In this document: positions 36,608 through 40,000 of the stretch, one piece after another
How the letters are laid out: each line of letters starts with the position of its first letter
Numbering within the stretch: position 1 is the first letter of the stretch
Sequence record: MG720308.1
Direction: 5' to 3' (one strand)
DNA: 40,000 bases
Source: Vibrio phage Aphrodite1
Notes under the pieces: generated by a model
Told to the model about the DNA's origin: nothing
Seen by the model: only the letters and a program-made list of their open reading frames with translations
The model's database searches: none
Position numbers and translations under genes: made by a program

Positions 36608-37906
36608 TTATTCAAATAATTCAGTCAGAGTGAAACTCTTCACCGACATGTTGGCTTGGTGTGCCGCTTTCATTCGCTGCAACATGAAACCCGTTGGAAT
36701 ATCAGAGCATTCCATGGAGATCGCGTCAGAAGCGCCCGCTAGACCATCACCAACACACATCTTACAATAGTTACCGTCTCCAGTCCCACAAACGTTTGGT
36801 GTTCGGAATTTAACGGTTTTACCTATAAAGGCTTTCTCGTTACCCAACCAACGTTTAATTTCACCGGAGGCAGCAAGGTAGTACATACCAGTCCACAACT
36901 TAACTTGATCTTCACTCATCTGAACATCTTCGAAAACTCGAGTCTTACAATCGTCTTCCGGAATAGAAATACGGGACGTCAAACGCTGAGTATCCTTAAC
37001 CGCCGCACCACCTTCACCTGTGGCCTTACCACGGTCGTAAGAGCCAGATATTGCGGTGTTGACGTAGTCATGGAGATGATCCATATCCCAGCCGTCATCT
37101 AGGGATTTATGAAGGAATGTATACTCACCAGTATTCCAGTCTTGCTCTGCACCAAATGCCAAGAACATACGTTTACGGGCGTTGTCAATGAACTTCTTAT
37201 TAATGAAGAAATCTTTCGAATCCCCATTAAGTTGGATCTCCATATCCTTTGCAACCAATTGGTCGATAATCCATGATGCTTTAATCGGGTCTTTAATTGC
37301 ATCCGGGTTTTCTTCCAACAGTTTAGCTTTAAAGGCAAGGAGTTCCTTATCAACAGTAAGCGATTGAATAGAAGCCGCTTTACAGAAGACGTTGTTCATC
37401 CCCATTAAGTAGTTAAACTGCTTTGTGACCTTATGACAGTCGTCAACAGAACACTTGCCCTCAGGAAGCACTTCCCCTTCTTTAGGGTTATCCACCATAA
37501 CACCGTCGATGATACGTTTGACGTCCTTACGACCCATCAACCGGTTTATGTAGGGGGCGTTATGTTTCAGTGCTTCATAGAACACCACTCGGTTAACTAA
37601 CAATAACCCCATGGTGGATTCTAAGGGTTCTACGACCCTAGGATCAAGATCTTCGTCAACAGTAATACGTTCGTCCTTATAACAAAAAGGACCGCTTAAA
37701 TCACCTTCTACGCGTTCTACGGAGCCATCGTCCTGTAGAAAGTAAAACCCGTCTTCGTCTCGTTGAATAGCAAAGCGAATATCTTTTAATATCCGTCTGG
37801 TATCCTCATCGTCAGACAACTTAGTAAAGACACTCAACAACCATGCTTTTTTCTGATAACAGCGGTTTTTAAAACAAAGTTTAAGATAGTCGATTTTCGA
37901 TATCAT
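36608..37906 (-). CDS. second RNAP beta' C-terminal-like subunit (phiKZ gp80-like position; likely virion RNAP)
   Basis: TMGLLLVNRVVFYEALKHNAPYINRLMGRKDVKRII (cf. beta' TTVGR...PF..N..L.KK.I), GEGGAAVKDTQRLTSRISIPEDDC, CGTGDGNYCKMCVGDG...FMLQRMKAAHQANMSVKSF. Confidence 0.75.
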   Translation of the reverse strand: MISKIDYLKLCFKNRCYQKKAWLLSVFTKLSDDEDTRRILKDIRFAIQRDEDGFYFLQDDGSVERVEGDLSGPFCYKDERITVDEDLDPRVVEPLESTMGLLLVNRVVFYEALKHNAPYINRLMGRKDVKRIIDGVMVDNPKEGEVLPEGKCSVDDCHKVTKQFNYLMGMNNVFCKAASIQSLTVDKELLAFKAKLLEENPDAIKDPIKASWIIDQLVAKDMEIQLNGDSKDFFINKKFIDNARKRMFLAFGAEQDWNTGEYTFLHKSLDDGWDMDHLHDYVNTAISGSYDRGKATGEGGAAVKDTQRLTSRISIPEDDCKTRVFEDVQMSEDQVKLWTGMYYLAASGEIKRWLGNEKAFIGKTVKFRTPNVCGTGDGNYCKMCVGDGLAGASDAISMECSDIPTGFMLQRMKAAHQANMSVKSFTLTELFE

Positions 37907-38807
37907 GGTTCTCCCCTTCAGGTAACTTGATTTGTTCCGCTAATTGCTCAGAACGATAGAGTAGTTGGACTTCTTCTACGTTCTCTTCAATAACCTGTTT
38001 GATTTGATCCCAGAATTGATCATTACTTAACTCACTGATCAAAGCAAACCCAAAGAGTTCTTTAATGTAATGTTCTGGGGACGTTGCCATGGCTTGCTCT
38101 AATTCCATGCGGTAGAAGCTTAATAAGGTCAAGAACCCCATCCCGAGTTGACCGTTGTTTCTCACGTGCTTGGCAGCAACTGTGCCGTTCAAAAACCCAA
38201 CATTGGTTTTAATGCGGAGTTTAATGAAATCCGGAGTCTCCGGAACAGCATCCGCTACGATTAGACTAATGCGTAACGTTTCCATTAAGTATTCCGAACA
38301 TTCAAGGATCAAATAGTTGAGATCGTCGATGATCGGGTCCATGGTGTCGTGATCGTACATCTTACGGAACAATTCAATGAATCGATCTTTAGGTGGGAGG
38401 TCACGCATCTCTAGGATTTCACTCAACCCCTGAAGATCTTCGTAACCATTAAGGAGATAAATCACATCTGTAATTTGATACAGCACGTGCAGTTTATTAG
38501 CCTCAACGTACTCTAAATCCACCGTAATACCAAACTTAACTAATTGTTCAATTATATTGTTTAGTAAGAGCTCCAGTATTACCGCTTTTTGTTCAATGAC
38601 TGCCGAGTCATCATCACTCAGGATATTGGCGATAGAAGAAACCAAAACGTTCTCTTCATCGGCTAATACCAAGAGGGTGTAGACTTTTTGAATTAACTCA
38701 GCGTTTTCTGGGGTAATGGCTTGGGAAAAGTTAATCCAAGGTTCACCCAAGTCTTTTGTTAATAAATCCACGTTGGTAACATCCATCGCAGGTAACATAT
38801 CGTTCAT
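37881..38807 (-). CDS. hypothetical protein (308 aa)
   Basis: Overlaps the start of the beta' gene on the same strand; intact ORF. Confidence 0.75.
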   Translation of the reverse strand: MNDMLPAMDVTNVDLLTKDLGEPWINFSQAITPENAELIQKVYTLLVLADEENVLVSSIANILSDDDSAVIEQKAVILELLLNNIIEQLVKFGITVDLEYVEANKLHVLYQITDVIYLLNGYEDLQGLSEILEMRDLPPKDRFIELFRKMYDHDTMDPIIDDLNYLILECSEYLMETLRISLIVADAVPETPDFIKLRIKTNVGFLNGTVAAKHVRNNGQLGMGFLTLLSFYRMELEQAMATSPEHYIKELFGFALISELSNDQFWDQIKQVIEENVEEVQLLYRSEQLAEQIKLPEGENHDIENRLS

Positions 38808-38836
38808 AATAACCTCTTAATTAGAAGGAACATAAA

Positions 38837-39562
38837 ATGCCAAAAATTAGTAAACATAAACAGGCAAAACGTAAAGCCCGTCAGCGTAATGTAAAGGCCG
38901 CTAAACAGCGCAACCGTTTAAAAGAATCACAACAGTTAGTTGATGAACACGCAATGAGCGATGAAATGAAAGCTCAGGCAAAAGAAAAATTCTGGAAAGT
39001 GTTCAGTAAATTACCGGCTCAGTTGCAAAAAGAAGCGATCAAAGATTTTGAAGCCAACGGTGGTCACACTACCCCGATGGACATCGATGGCATGACTGAG
39101 TTGTTATGTGAGGGCATGAACTACTACATCCGTCCTCACGCAATGGTCGATACCCTTCACTCTCTTGTTCAACAAGAGAAAGTCACGCTGGAACCTAAAC
39201 TACTAGAGTTAATGGACCAAATGGACGAAGCGACACTTAAGTACATTGCAGGTGCGACGAAAGTCCTAAGTTGTTTCCAGCATATCCAAGAACTCCCAGA
39301 AGCTGAACGTCAACAAGCGATTCTGGATGATGAAGTACTTGGTGATGACCTCATCCCGACGCTTCTTGCTTATCAAGAAGACTATGACACGATCATTGCA
39401 CCACTCATCGAACTGGCAGAAGTTCATTCAGATCTTATCGATGAAGATATCGAGTTCCACTCTGATATTCGAGGTGAGAAGAACCTATACAACGTAGCAC
39501 GCGCGATCCACTTGGAGCGTGTTGAACAATTGATCAAGCAGAAGGCTAATAAAGATGTCTGA
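38837..39562 (+). CDS. hypothetical protein (241 aa), basic N-terminus, rest acidic
   Basis: Intact ORF with RBS GAAGGAAC. Confidence 0.75.
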   Translation: MPKISKHKQAKRKARQRNVKAAKQRNRLKESQQLVDEHAMSDEMKAQAKEKFWKVFSKLPAQLQKEAIKDFEANGGHTTPMDIDGMTELLCEGMNYYIRPHAMVDTLHSLVQQEKVTLEPKLLELMDQMDEATLKYIAGATKVLSCFQHIQELPEAERQQAILDDEVLGDDLIPTLLAYQEDYDTIIAPLIELAEVHSDLIDEDIEFHSDIRGEKNLYNVARAIHLERVEQLIKQKANKDV

Positions 39563-40000
39563 AGAATCACCAGAAATCAAACGTCCTAAACTACGTGAAA
39601 CTCATACCGCGGAAAACACAACCATGAAAGAGGGTCACACTCCCTCTGTGTTAGGTACGATGGATAAACTTCCGGAAGGCGAAGATCCATCTCTGAATAT
39701 CTTGTTGGGGACAGGTAAGGATAATTTCTACAACATCCTTACGTTGTCAATGGCTTGGGCACAATATCAAGCCGCGGTTTCTGAGGGACGAGCATCTAAA
39801 GCTGAAATCACTCGTCACAAAAAGAACTATACCGACTTAGCGGAGAAACACTACCCGGATATGACGGAGGAAGAGATCGAGGAGATGATGTCCCATTTCC
39901 TTAGTTTCCACCGTAATCTCGTAGAGCTTCCTTACTTCCGTCATAAGTCTATGCGTGAGCGTCCTTGGGAAAACCTAAGTGAAATTGCGGATGGTAAAGT
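39555..40000 (+). CDS. hypothetical protein, 3'-truncated by window end
   Basis: ATG 39555 in MSEESPEIKRPKLRETHTAENTTMKEGHTPSVLG..., open to the window edge; overlaps the previous stop. Confidence 0.7.
   Translation, partial: MSEESPEIKRPKLRETHTAENTTMKEGHTPSVLGTMDKLPEGEDPSLNILLGTGKDNFYNILTLSMAWAQYQAAVSEGRASKAEITRHKKNYTDLAEKHYPDMTEEEIEEMMSHFLSFHRNLVELPYFRHKSMRERPWENLSEIADGK

Noticed and set aside
1-40000. CRISPR arrays, tRNA genes, integrase/transposase, toxin-antitoxin or defence operon
   Set aside because: No repeat-spacer periodicity, tRNA cloverleaf, recombinase motifs or recognisable defence domains were seen anywhere in the window.

Overview
The window looks like a piece of a nucleus-forming, phiKZ-like jumbo phage genome. 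It probably infects Vibrio or a related host, but the host is inferred only. The anchors are:
- a PhuZ-type phage tubulin (5944..6909)
- the palm region of a divergent family-B DNA polymerase (10227..12299)
- a candidate nuclear-shell protein, chimallin/ChmA (13664..15730), directly upstream of an RNA polymerase beta'-N subunit
- an SSB-like protein with an acidic tip, an SbcD-like phosphoesterase and an SF2 helicase
- an RNAP beta C-terminal subunit and three beta' pieces, two of them paralogous beta' C-terminal parts, which implies two phage RNAPs

The strongest observations are:
1. The catalytic NADFDG|D codons of the beta' gene are split by an ORF-less group I intron of 399 nt. It has a perfect P1 and a recognisable P7, and it restores NADFDGDQMAL when removed.
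2. Three consecutive genes (2860..5445) consist almost entirely of seven tandem AraC-type HTH modules. This is odd in a phage with its own RNAPs.
3. A heavily structured non-coding RNA of about 430 nt (about 5475..5902), with a textbook terminator, lies between the AraC array and phuZ.
4. A composite element, AAGTTATTTCCTAAC-N9-ATTATATGT, is duplicated exactly at 1681 and 5444. It brackets the AraC locus and precedes both long non-coding regions.
5. A recurrent CTATATWAYCTAAGTGT motif lies upstream of key genes and resembles the phiKZ early (virion RNAP) promoter.

All family calls were made by eye from motifs and synteny. No searches or folding programs were run.
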